From: Neovahlkampfia damariscottae
Lineage: Eukaryota
Assembly: GCA_016618085.1 (NCBI GenBank)
Contig: JABLTG010000011.1
Location: forward strand, 1-64,000
DNA length: 64,000 nucleotides
Direction of reading: 5' to 3'
The notes under the pieces were generated by a model. It saw nothing but the letters and a program-made list of their open reading frames with translations. It did no database searches and had not been told where the DNA came from. Positions within the stretch are counted from its first letter, which is position 1; the number at the start of each line of letters is the position of its first letter. Made by a program: the position numbers and the translations under genes. Below are positions 22,988 to 35,980 of this stretch, one piece after another.

Positions 22988-23171
22988 AACTGTAACTTGT
23001 CAAGGACAAAAACTTTTTTTTTATGAACCAATTAGACTGACCCGACTTTTTTATTGGTCTATCTAAAAATAGCAAGAAAGAAAAAAAATAATTTTTCGAC
23101 CTCAAAAAGCACTGAAACATGTGATGAAGAGAAAAAAAAAAGAAAAATTAAAAATATTTAAAGGAATTTTT

Positions 23172-24422
23172 TTACAATTCATCTTTTTTATCATCATCGC
23201 TTCCAGCTTCTTGTTTTAATTGTTCAGCTTTTTCTTTAGCGAGTTTAGTTAATTCATCTTCTGAAGATTTTTCTTTTTCAAAGTCTTTAGCTGCTTCTTT
23301 TGCTTTTTCTGCTTCTGCTGCTTTTTTAGCTTCTTCTGCTTTTTTTTCTTCTTCAGCAACTGCCTTGTCTTGTTTATTTTTTTCTAAAATTTCATCTCTT
23401 GCTTTTTTAGCTTCTTCAACTGAATCAGTAACCAAGATGTTGTTGAAAATTGTACCTGATTTAACTTGCCATACATCAATACCAGCAAAAGCTAATTTGT
23501 ATTTTCCAATGGAAGGATCTTCTTTAAAGTCAGGATTTGGAATTTGGTTTGGTTTCCATTCTCCTTTATAAGCAGGATTTGGAATCATTTTTGGTGAGTA
23601 TTCTCCTCTATATTCTGGATTTGTAACTTGAGGTGGTTCCCATTTTCCATCTTCTTCTTCATCCCAATCATCTGGTTTTTTAGCGTTTGGATCTGCAATA
23701 GTTTTTGGTACATCCCAATCTTCTGGTTTTTTATCATTTGGATCAACAATTTCTTTTTCATCAACCCAATCAGCTGGTTTTTTAGCACTTGGATCATCAA
23801 TAGTTTTTGGTGCTAATAAAGGCCAATCTTCTAAAAGAGTTCCACTTTCTTTTTTTTCTCCATCAATTAATACTTCATATGAACCATCAGATTTAATAAT
23901 AGCTGTATAAACATGTGCATTTGTATCTGAAAGAGCACCAACATTGTTTGTTTTTTTCCAATCAACATTTTTTCCATTATAGTTTAAAATTAAATGTACT
24001 TTTTTTGTTGAACCACAAACATCAGGTCCAAACATAATTCCGTATTCTGATGAACCGTCGAAATTTTCTTGGTTTAAACCTTCATAAAGGAATTTAATAT
24101 AACCACCACCACAATCAATATCTTGTTTATAGTTGAGGTTGAATTGTAAAACTAAGTCTTTTCCGTCTGTATTAAAAACTTTTCCAAATTTTGTTGAGAG
24201 ATCATAAAATTTAGCGTCTTGGGATGTTTTGATACCACCAGTTGATGCTTCTTCAAATACTCCAAGTCCTTCTTTTTTTGCTTGAACCCATCTGTCTTTC
24301 CATCCAGCTTTTTCGTAATTTAAATTAATGAAGAATTATTTACCTCCAAAATTTTCTGATAAATAAACTTCAGCAGTACATACTGAAAAAATTATTGCGA
24401 GAACCGCAAGGATAAATCTCAT
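23172..24422 (-). CDS. CALR: Calreticulin
   Basis: Signal peptide, DCGGGYIK, MFGPDVCG, P-domain repeats KPEDWD/GEW, C-terminal KDEL; one intron. Confidence 0.97.
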
Positions 24423-24777
24423 CGTGAAAAAAAATTGGTGAAGAAATTGTCCAATGAAACTTGTTTATAATTCACACATGTTCCAAAATGATTGGTGGAA
24501 ACTTGGACCAATTCCTATTGGTTTTCGGAATTTTTTGTTATTCATTATTATTTTTTCTTTTTTGGAACTAAGCTTCAACTAAGTTTCAAAAAAAAAGAGT
24601 TTTATTTTTTTCATTTTTTTCGACAGCAAACAATTTCCATGGGGATGTCAGTTTGATACCTTCTTAACAAACCTGATCCAATGGTCTTCTCGAAGAAAAA
24701 CGGTTGAATTCAAAAAAAAATTAAATTAAAGATCTAATAACTTAATTCTTAAGCTTTATTGTATTATTATATTGAAG

Positions 24778-25281
24778 TTATTCAATATCTTCAGGTTCCA
24801 TTTGGTTTTTTCTGAAAAACTTTTGTGCGTGACTACGAACTTGTTGTCTTGTTCTTGTTGTTACAAATTCCTTTGCAATGATACTCCAGTTTCTTCCGTA
24901 TTTTTTGAAACCACGTAGAAACAAATTGTGTTCTTGGGTATTCCAAACACCCATGTTTTCTCCTATTGTCTTAGGGCGCTTATATTCAATTTCTTGAACT
25001 TCTCTTGAAGGTTCAGGTTCCTGCTCTGGCTCTGGAGGCACTTCATGTTTAACTTCCATACACCGAAGCTGAATGAATATGTCTTCATGCTTATATGGTT
25101 TGAATGTGACGTCATCAGGTTTGAGTCTCACAGTAGGTTCCATGACAGTCATTGCTCCAGAGTATTTCGTGTACATTTTAGCGTTTAAAAGTTTACAAAA
25201 AGTTGACCAATCATACACTTTTTTATTATTTGTTGTTCCAAAATTGACACCCCTCTTTTCTTTCTCTTTTTTTATTTTCAT
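24778..25281 (-). CDS. SHAQKYF-class single Myb transcription factor
   Basis: GVWNTQEHNLFLRGFKKYGRNW...TRTRQQVRSHAQKFF. Confidence 0.88.
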   Translation of the reverse strand: MKIKKEKEKRGVNFGTTNNKKVYDWSTFCKLLNAKMYTKYSGAMTVMEPTVRLKPDDVTFKPYKHEDIFIQLRCMEVKHEVPPEPEQEPEPSREVQEIEYKRPKTIGENMGVWNTQEHNLFLRGFKKYGRNWSIIAKEFVTTRTRQQVRSHAQKFFRKNQMEPEDIE

Positions 25282-25448
25282 CCAATGTGATTTTTTTCGA
25301 TTTCAACAAAGTGTTGGAAAGTTTGTTAGAAGAATTTTGGAACTTTCCAAATTTATAACGAAAAGTTAAATGAAAAAATTCGTTTCGTGTGGAAGTGACA
25401 GAAGAACGAATTTATTATTGAACTTATTTATATTTTTAGAAAAGGAAT

Positions 25449-27053
25449 TTAATCAAACAAACAAATTTTACCATCCCATCCACCAGTGATACATTTACTT
25501 GATTCAATTGGATGCCATTGACAAGTACTACAAAAACCTCCAACATGTGCATTTAATGTCTTCAATTTTTTTGATGTTTTCCAATCCCAAATCCAAAGTT
25601 TTCCTTCTGTATCACCTGACAGTACAAATCTTCCATCATTTGAAAAATTAACTTTTGATCCAGTTGTAGGAGTAATGTGACCTGTTAAGTTTTTTTTTGA
25701 ATGAAGTTTATATTTTTCTGTTGTATCAAAAACATAAATTTGGTTGTCCAATGATTGAGCAATAAAATATTCACCACCTGGATGAACAGCAACTGATTTA
25801 ATTTGGTCCATGTGATAATTTCTAATTTTTCTAACAACCATTGGTACCTGAACTTCCCAAATTCTAATTGTTTTGTCATTGGATGAAGAAATAAATTTTT
25901 GATTGTTGTCAAAAAATGTAATTGAAGTAACAGGACCTTGATGACCTCCATATGATTGAATCAAGTCACCAGAACGAACATCATAATGCTCAACTCTTTT
26001 TCCAACACCTATCAAAATTTCATGATTCTTTTCAGGATGAAATGAGACACAATGAGCTGGTTTTTTTAAATTAAAACTTTTGATAATGTTTCCACTTTCT
26101 ACATCCCAAAGTCTACATAATTTATCATGTGATCCAGATGCAAATACTTTTCCGTCCGATTGAAATCCAATACAACTTACAGGCTGTGTATGTCCAATAT
26201 AATCTCTTATCAAAGTTTTACGGTCCATCACATCAAAAATTTTGATGGTCTCATCCATTGAGCATGACAAAACCAAATGACCATATTTTGGAAAAAATTC
26301 TAAACCAGTGATGGGTTTCGAATGAGCGTCAAATGTATGCATCAATTTTTTTGGTAAAAAGTTCTTCACAGGTTCATCATCTTCATTGATTTTTAAATGT
26401 GTTGGATGTGCTATGAATGTTCTTCCTTGATAATCATATTGTGATTCTAAATAAAAATTTGATTTTGAAGGAGGTTCAACAAATTCACCTTCTTTTTCTT
26501 TTTCTCCTTCTTCCTCTGAATGATCTTCATCTTCTTGTTCTTTTTTTTCTTTTTTCTTTTTTGGTTCTTCCTTTTCTTCTTTTTCTTTTTCTTCTTCTTC
26601 GTCTTCATAAAATTCTTCATGGAACATTTCTGAATGATCTGTTGTGTCCATTTCAAAATTTGTCCAAGGTCCAAGAAAATTCTTTTTTGTAGGATCATTG
26701 AATCCTTTTTTTCTTTTTAATTTTTGGTTTTTTTTTTCTCCACTAGTAGCTCCACGACTTGTATTTTCAAACTCGGAATTAAAAACTGAAATGTTCATGT
26801 TGAAGTTTTGAACATTTCCAACTGAAAGATTACCACCCATATTTTTTGAGTATGGATTTACAGGACCTAAAACAGGAGCATGTAATTCTTCATAAGTTGG
26901 ATTGTGAGTAATCTCTCCAATGTATGGTTCAATGGCGCCAACTGAAGTTTCTTTTATCAAAACGTCAGGTGTTATATTAACTCTTGGTACAAGTTTATTG
27001 GTTTCAACTTCTTGATCAGAAGATTCACTTCCATAACCTGACAACAAATCCAT
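25449..27053 (-). CDS. CDC40: Pre-mRNA splicing factor Prp17/CDC40 (WD40)
   Basis: NPTYEEL.APVLGP, DYQGR, FFPKYGHLVLS, QSLDNQI, WHPIESSK. Confidence 0.93.
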   Translation of the reverse strand: MDLLSGYGSESSDQEVETNKLVPRVNITPDVLIKETSVGAIEPYIGEITHNPTYEELHAPVLGPVNPYSKNMGGNLSVGNVQNFNMNISVFNSEFENTSRGATSGEKKNQKLKRKKGFNDPTKKNFLGPWTNFEMDTTDHSEMFHEEFYEDEEEEKEKEEKEEPKKKKEKKEQEDEDHSEEEGEKEKEGEFVEPPSKSNFYLESQYDYQGRTFIAHPTHLKINEDDEPVKNFLPKKLMHTFDAHSKPITGLEFFPKYGHLVLSCSMDETIKIFDVMDRKTLIRDYIGHTQPVSCIGFQSDGKVFASGSHDKLCRLWDVESGNIIKSFNLKKPAHCVSFHPEKNHEILIGVGKRVEHYDVRSGDLIQSYGGHQGPVTSITFFDNNQKFISSSNDKTIRIWEVQVPMVVRKIRNYHMDQIKSVAVHPGGEYFIAQSLDNQIYVFDTTEKYKLHSKKNLTGHITPTTGSKVNFSNDGRFVLSGDTEGKLWIWDWKTSKKLKTLNAHVGGFCSTCQWHPIESSKCITGGWDGKICLFD

Positions 27054-27121
27054 TTTGTTTGAATGTTTAAGTAAAATGATTGGACAAAAAAAAAAACCGT
27101 TTTCAAAAAAAATAAAAATAT

Positions 27122-27858
27122 TTAATCAGAACCTCCTTTTAAGTTAGCAGGAACAGCAATATCAATTAATTTTGGATCAGCTAATTTTAATTCGTTCATG
27201 ATTTTTACAAAATCTTCTTCTGAGTTTTTAGTATTTAATCTAGGGTTATATTCTTTTTCTTCTCCAATTGTAGTAGCTGTTTGTCCTTTATAGTCATGAC
27301 CTGGGTATACCAAACAACTATCTGGAAGTAATTTGAACAGTTTTTGAACTGATTGATACAATGAATGTGAATTTCCCTTTAAATAGTCAAAAAAAAAATA
27401 AAGAAACTTACTTGTTGGAAATCTGTTCTTCCACATCCTCTAATAAAAAGTGCATCTCCTGTGAATGCCATTTCGTCTTTAAAAATTAAAGACATGCAGC
27501 CATTTGTATGTCCTGGTGTTTTAACAACAAGTAATTCATATTTTCCAAATTTAATTTTTTCACCATCTTCTACAAGTTTCAAACCGTCTTTAAATGTTAC
27601 TCCAGAATCTGAAGAAAGAACTTGTTTTAAGTCTGGGTAGATTTTTCTTAAAGCACTTCCTCCTGTAATATGATCAGCATGAACATGTGTTTCGATTTCA
27701 TAAATTGGGTTGAGTTTTAATTCTTTTAATAAAGTTGAATCTCTTTCTGCATTTTCTTTCACTGGATCTATGAGAAGAGCTTCTTTTGTTTCTTCACATC
27801 CAAGGATGTATGTATATGTTGATGAAGTTTGGTCAAAGCATTGTCTGAAGAATACCAT
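27122..27858 (-). CDS. ETHE1: Persulfide dioxygenase (metallo-beta-lactamase fold)
   Basis: THVHADHITG, TPGHT, GCGRTDFQ, YPGHDY, EEKEYNPRL; intron ~27379-27411. Confidence 0.95.
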
Positions 27859-28124
27859 TTTGTATGTGTTTTGTTAGTTTTTAAAATGTGTTATCGATTT
27901 CCTATTGGTCTATTTATCCCTTCCAATCATACTGTATTTGGAGAAATCGGAAAATAAAAATTTGGACAAATACAGACATCCGCCGGAATCAAGAAATTTG
28001 GGAATATGAATTACTGATTTGGTGTTTCATCATTTTTATCCTTTCCTTTCAATGAACAACGATTCCGGGCCGGAAATGAATATAAAAAAAAGGAAATATT
28101 ATAAATGAACATTTATCTACAAAG

Positions 28125-28487
28125 TTATCCAGGACCTACTTTTGGAATATCATTACTTTTGAAAAGTTAGAATTAGAAATATTGGAAAAACTTACTGTTC
28201 TGTTTTTTTGTCCATTTTTTCGTTGAATTCTTCAACTTTTTCTTGATACGTTTTGGTTTTAAGTTTTCCTTCCTTCTTTTTTTTTAATCTTGCTTCTTCA
28301 AAAGCCAATTGACTTTCAGTTTTTTTTATGTTTTCTGTTATGACTTGAGTTTTCTTTTTTCTAATTTTAATGGGTTTTTTTATTTTTACTTTTCAATTTT
28401 CTTTACAGAACCAGCAGATCCTTTTAATTTCAATTTTCCACCTACCACGTTTGAATAACTTTCAGTTGAGTTTTTATTCGAGCTCAT
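28125..28487 (-). CDS. FAM32A: FAM32A-like (DUF1754) small nuclear protein; not in ORF track
   Basis: Spliced translation gives KTESQLAFEE...TYQEKVEEFNEKM...HNDIPKVGPG*. Confidence 0.75.
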
Positions 28488-28551
28488 TGGTTGTTAAGAT
28501 TTTAGCGAATCAAATCCTTTTACCAATTCCTCTCACCACACTGTGCGCACA

Positions 28552-30096
28552 ATGGTAAAAATCAAACAATATAAACTTGGTAAAACTTTGGGAATGGGTG
28601 TTTCAGGTAAAGTTAAAATAGCAACAGACACAAACACAGGAATTGTGTATGCTGTCAAAAGTAAAAAAAACAAAAAACGTTAAACACTCCAGTCCTCAAC
28701 AAGGAATTATTAAAAAAGAAAAAAATGGAAGATGATATCAAAAGAGAAATTGCTGTCATGAAACTTTTAAAACATCCAAATATTGTGAAACTCCACGAAG
28801 TTTTAGAAAGTCCTAATAATATTTATTTGATTATTGAATTGATTACAGGTATTTGTTGATTTTTTTTTAAATGTGAAAAAACTAAAGGAGGTGAATTATT
28901 CGATAAAATTGGTATTTTTTTTTTTTGTTTATTTTTTTAGTCAAGGTTGAACATTTTGATGAAGACGAATCAAGAAAATTCTTCCAGCAATTAATGTAAT
29001 TTTTATTTTTGAAATATTGAAATATTTAGCAATGGGATACAATATTGTCATCAAAATGGAGTCATGCATAGAGATTTAAAAGTAGAAATCACGAAAAAAA
29101 AAATTAAAATTTTTAAAGCCTGAAAATTTACTGGTTGATGGAAATAATGACTTAAAAATCACAGGTATTTCAAAGAATCATATTTTTAATTTTTTGACGA
29201 AAATTAGATTTTGGATTTTCTAAAGTTTGGAACGTTGAAACAGAAGGAAGAAAAGAATTAAGCAAAACAGCTTGTGGTACATTAGGATATTGCGCTCCTG
29301 AAGTCGTTTTAGACTCTGGTTATGATGGTTTTATTTCTGATATCTGGTCAGCAGGTGTTATTTTATACGCTATGCTTTCAGGAGAATTACCATTTGATCC
29401 ACAAGAAACATATACGATAGCAAAAACTGGAAAAGTAAAACTCAGTTATCCAATGACAATCCCAGTAAAAAAAAAATGGCGCAAAAAAAAAATTAAAATT
29501 TTTAATAGAAAGATGCAAGAAATTTACTTGATCAAATTATGGTAGCAAATCCAAAAAAGAGAATAACCATTGATGAAATATTAAAAGATCCTTGGTTTTC
29601 AAAAGGATATGAAAAAAAATCGTCAAACATTTTCGGAAAAGAAGATTTAGATGTAGATGATGTTATTGAAAAGATTGAAGTAACAGATCAAGAAAAAGTC
29701 AAAAAAAAACAATTGAAACCATTTAATGCTTTTGAAGTTATTCATTTAATGATTAGTCCTTCTGAAATTAAAAGTGACAATACATTCATGATGAAAGGTG
29801 ATTTTACATCTGCTACAAATCATATCTGTGAAATATTAAAAGAAATGAAAGCAAAAAAAGTCGACATTAAAGGAAATAATATTAAAGTCGCTTTTGGAAA
29901 AGATGATCAAAGTAAGAAATAATATATATGATTAATATGATTCATTTTAGTGATTATGATTCATGTTAATGTTATTCCATTCAAAGGTGATGTTTGTTAT
30001 GTTACAATAAAAAGAGCAAAAGGAAATTCTCTTTTGTTCGTTGAATTGACAAAAATATTCTTGAAGAAATTAAAAGATGTCAAAATTAATAAATAA
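28552..30096 (+). CDS. CIPK/SnRK3-like Ser/Thr kinase with NAF motif, intron-rich
   Basis: GKTLGMG..GKVK, HRDLKPEN, DFG, TACGT..YCAPE; C-terminal FNAFEVI and KA1-like end. Confidence 0.88.
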
Positions 30097-30181
30097 GTTT
30101 TTTGTTTTTAATACTTTTTTTTTTTTTTTTCAGGGTAAATTTTGAACCAATCAGCTCGTTTTGACGAATCTAAAATTATCA

Positions 30182-30845
30182 ATGTCGGAAGAAGAAAAAT
30201 CAAAGGAAGTGAAAATCATACAAAAAAATGAAGAAGAAACAATAGAGAAACAAGAAGGAGAATATGATTATCAACATGAATTAAATAATCAAATTAAAGC
30301 ACAAATTATCTATTTGAATGATTTGAATGCAGAAATGCAAACAGAAACTCAATGGACAAAAATGAGAATGGAAACACTAACTTCATTATATTCACAATTG
30401 AATAAACCACCAACTGAAGTTTTTAATATATGTGAAGGTAAATTTTCAATAAAAGCACAAGAAGGTAAATGGACTGACGTTGAAAAAGTTGTTGGAAAAT
30501 TAGATGTTGTGGCAAGTAGAAAATATCAGTATTCTCTTTATGTATCGGGTCATTCTGTTAAATCTGATAAACCTTTGAAAGTTTCTTTTCGTTTTGTTGT
30601 CAAAAACAAAAGTTTAGAAAATGTAACTTTATTTTATCCAAATGAACAAGGAACACGTAGATTAATTTCAAATCAACCATTTCATGAATTAGGTTTTCAA
30701 AAAAAAAAATTCATTCTTTTTTTTAGTTTTCACACACGTTGCTGATTTTTGTGAAGGAATTAATAATTTTCAATTGCAAGTGAAATTAGATGGTGAATTT
30801 GAATGGAATTCGGAATACGGAGAAATTTATTTGTATATGAAATAA
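30182..30845 (+). CDS. Hypothetical protein (coiled coil + beta-rich domain)
   Basis: ORF plus second exon after intron ~30693-30727. Confidence 0.55.
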
Positions 30846-30928
30846 AAATCACTTCAATATTTTTTTTTAACTCAAAATTTAACTTCTTTTTTTTTTTTTG
30901 ACCAACCAATAATAACATCAGACTGAAC

Positions 30929-31198
30929 ATGAGGTTCACATTACAAAGCTGCAAGAGACTTATTCGTCTTCATTCAACAAATACAAAAAATACAATAAAC
31001 TTAACTTCAATAATTAAAACAGATTCAACAACAAAGGATTCAACTTCAATCACAGAATACAAAGATAAGCTTCACACTTTCAAAATGAAAAGTTTGTCAG
31101 TGAGTTTGATAAATTTTCAAGATGATGGTAAAAATAAAAAAAAAAAAAAATTAAAAAAATTTAAAAAGATGATTGTTGAATGTGAAAATAAATTTTAA
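30929..31198 (+). CDS. Small hypothetical protein with mitochondrial-presequence-like start
   Basis: MRFTLQSCKRLIRLHS; CCAAT upstream; probable intron near 31128-31148. Confidence 0.35.
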   Translation: MRFTLQSCKRLIRLHSTNTKNTINLTSIIKTDSTTKDSTSITEYKDKLHTFKMKSLSVSLINFQDDGKNKKKKKLKKFKKMIVECENKF

Positions 31199-32621
31199 TG
31201 ACCAGAAAGAGCACCTCTTCTTTGATTTAATTTATCATCACCAAAAGAAAATCCAGTTGAGCTACTACCACCTCCTGTACTTGAATCACCAAAAGAAAAC
31301 CCAGTTGATGAACTACTACCACCTCCTGTACTTGAACTACCAAAAGAAAAACTACTTGTGCCTGTATCTTTTTTTTTATCTGAAAAATCAAAACCAAATT
31401 GACTTTGAGTTTGTTTTGGTTGTGAATCAAAACTAAAACTTGTATTTGTACCTGAACCCTGTTGTTGTTGTTGTTGTTGTGGATTTGAATACTGCAAACC
31501 TGGTAATTTATAACTTGAAGTTGAGTTATGTGAAACCTCAGGTTGTTTTTGTGTATTAGTTTCTTGAAATGGGTCCTTTGTAAAATTGAATTTCTTTATA
31601 AAATCCTCTTTCAAATTCTCAGATAATTCATGTAAAACTGATAAGTTTGAAGCAATATTTAAGAACATCTCCTGTTGATATTTTACAGTCTCCAATAAAC
31701 AAGTATCTGAAGCATGTTGATTATAATCTTGAACTGAAGAAATTGAATTAGACACCTTAATGAAAAAGTTAAAAAAAATAAAACACAAACATCTTCAATT
31801 TGACCCCAAATATCTCTCATTCTCTCTTCTAATTGTTCTGTTTTTTGTAAGAAATATCTGTTGAAAAATTAATTTTTTTTTTTTGTTCTCAACGTTGAAG
31901 TATAATCTGGGTCATAATGACCATGATGATTTTGTAATTTTTGAAAATTAATTTGACCATTCTCTGCATTTTTTAACTCATCATAAACTTCTTTTTTCAT
32001 TTTTTCAATGATTTCTTTTTCTTTTTTTAAATTATGTTTCACACTTTTTTCGTTCTTTTTTTTTAATTTTATTTTTTTTCAAATTTACTCTTTTGCATGT
32101 TTCAGTTAGAGTTTCCACTTTTTTTAATTCTTCATCTATTTTCAATTTTTGAACATCTTTGACGACATTTCTGACTTTTTTTTTGTATTTTCTGCACGCA
32201 GTTTTTTTTTTTAATTTTTTTTTTTCTTTTACTCAAATTCAAGAACTTGATTTTGTAAACTTTCTGGAAATTTTGAAAATTCAGTATTTGGATATATTTG
32301 TTCAGATGAATTTTGTTGTTGATTCATTCCAAGAGCGAAGCCAGAACTAGATGAAGATTGAGGTGCTGTACTTCCACCAAGTGAAAAACCTGAAGATGAA
32401 GAAGATGGTTGTCCTCCAAATCCAAATCCACCACCACCACTAGTACTTCCTGAGCTACCCGTTGTCGTCGAAGAACTACCAAAATTAAATCCAGAAGATC
32501 CGGTAGTTGATGGTTGAGTGGTAGTAGTACTGCTACTTCCAAAACCAAAACCTTCAGTAGAACTGGAATTAAATCCTGAAGAACCACTTCCACCAGTCGA
32601 ACCAAACGAAAATCCACTCAT
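31195..32621 (-). CDS. FG nucleoporin, Nup58/Nup45-like
   Basis: FG repeats at both ends, TEFSKFPESLQNQVLEFE and central coiled coil; several introns. Confidence 0.75.
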
Positions 32622-32669
32622 TCGCACAAATTGAACAACCAATCATAATCAATTTTTATTCAATGAATT

Positions 32670-34111
<1,442 letters not shown>

Positions 34112-34231
34112 TTTGTTCTTTTAGAAGTTAGTTTTGATAAAACGGAAATTGTTCAAATTGATTGGTTCACGGAAATTTGATGGAAAATTTTTAAAAAATT
34201 TATTTTCAAACAATACAATGATTTTTCAAAC

Positions 34232-35609
34232 TTATACAAGTTTCATTGATCGATACATTCAAATTTACAAAAACGATTCCTAATTCCATTTTTATTTTTG
34301 AATTATCAAAAAAAGGTTTCAAATTGAATGATCTTTCATTAAATTTAATTTCCTGCTTTTTTGTGAAGAAATAACTCTGTCAGGGTTTAAACAAAGAATA
34401 AGAAATTCTTACCAATAATGATGATTTTGTAAAATGCTCTGGATTTACTGTCAATGATAATTCAGGTAATGTCAAAGATTGATTGCAACAAATGAATCTT
34501 CCATGAGAATCTGGTTTTAAAATGATCTTATTTACAACTTTACAAACATCTCTAACATCAATCCATCCAAAACCAACATTTGGTAATGAATTAATATCTT
34601 CATTCAAAATATATTTCAACAAGATCAATCCATAATTTTGATCAATGTCAGCTCTTGTCATTAATGGACCAATTAAATTTGAGTTGATGACAGAATTTAA
34701 ATCAAATTTAGTTTTGTTCTTTCTCATAAAATTCCATGCAAATTCTTCCAGATTTTTGTGAAAAAACTTGTGAGGATGATTTGAAAATGAACTTTCAAAA
34801 TTCCAATCATCTTCAGTATAAATATCTGAAAGAGTAAGTATTGATTTGATATTCTTACATTTTTCTTTTGGTGTGTCATAAATTGAATCTAAATTTGAAA
34901 TCAAAATGAATTTTTTTATGGTTGAGTTTTCTTTGTTACAAATCTTCAAAATTAAGTGTAATTTTTGAAGTGATAAATTTATATCTTCTTCCGGTTTAAA
35001 ATTAATATGACATGGATGATCACCATATATAATATATTCACATCCTTTTAGTGACTGTTCAATAGATATTGGTTCTTTCCAATCGATTGGAAAAATTTCT
35101 AATATTCCTTTTGTTTCTTGTTTTGATAATAAATGTGAAAATTGTTTTTTACAATTTGTTAAATTTTCACATGTTGATTTTACTTCATATCCAGAATCCA
35201 AAAAATGATTGATCAAATGTCCACTTAAAAATTTTGAGCAATCAAAAACGCATATCTTTTTTGTTTGGACTTGTTTTAAATTTTTTGGTGGTTTTATAAA
35301 TATTTTTGACTTTGAATACCATTCAAATATGGTGTCTTTATCTGATAATGATTCAGTTATATCATCAACTTGTTTGAAAATAGAAAATTCGTTTTGTAAA
35401 TATTTCAGAAATTCCATTGCTTCTTCACGTTTCAACTTATAGTTCTTATGAAACCATTCTACAGCTTCGTTTCCTGAAAACTGGTTTGGATTTGGTGTTG
35501 CATCTTTTTCGTATGGACTCACTCCAAAACTTGGGTCTGATAGTTCAGCTATTATTTTTTCAAGATCTTTTGTGAGGTTATTGAATGTGGATGATAAACG
35601 ATCACCCAT
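34232..35609 (-). CDS. DEP domain fused to degenerate NAD(P)-dependent epimerase/DFR-like domain
   Basis: FSGNEAVEW...REEA (DEP); YTEDDWN, LIGP, GWIDVRDV, GRFIC (extended SDR). Confidence 0.75.
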
Positions 35610-35980
35610 CTCCTGCTTTTTGTTGAGAGTTTACGATGTGTTTGTAATAGAAATTGATGGACCAATCGGAATTTATTTCTTTCAGCCAATAATATGATCA
35701 ATTTTCCTTCAAAATCGGGAGAAGAAAAAACAATGTAATTTTTTCAACTCAAAGTAACTTTAAGGGGTGTTATTTATCTTTCCAGTTTGGGTTCAGATTT
35801 GAAAATTTGACCAATCAGGAAACACCCAACTCTCCATTTCAAAAATCACTTTTTGTTGGCAACACAACATAATCAATCGATTTTCAAGGTTCTATTTGGA
35901 ATTGGTTCGTACAAACGATGTACTTCAATGAATTTATCACTTCAAATTCAACGATCAACATGAATAATTTATTAAAAAAG

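Noticed and set aside
27975..28080. tRNA-Sec or spliceosomal snRNA
   Set aside because: The GCCCGGA start on the minus strand is suggestive, but there is no TTCAA anticodon arm, T-loop or U1/U2/U4/U5/U6 signature.
35764..35827. GGGTGTT/AACACCC inverted repeat in intergenic DNA
   Set aside because: Only 7 bp with little internal pairing; insufficient support for an RNA or MITE.
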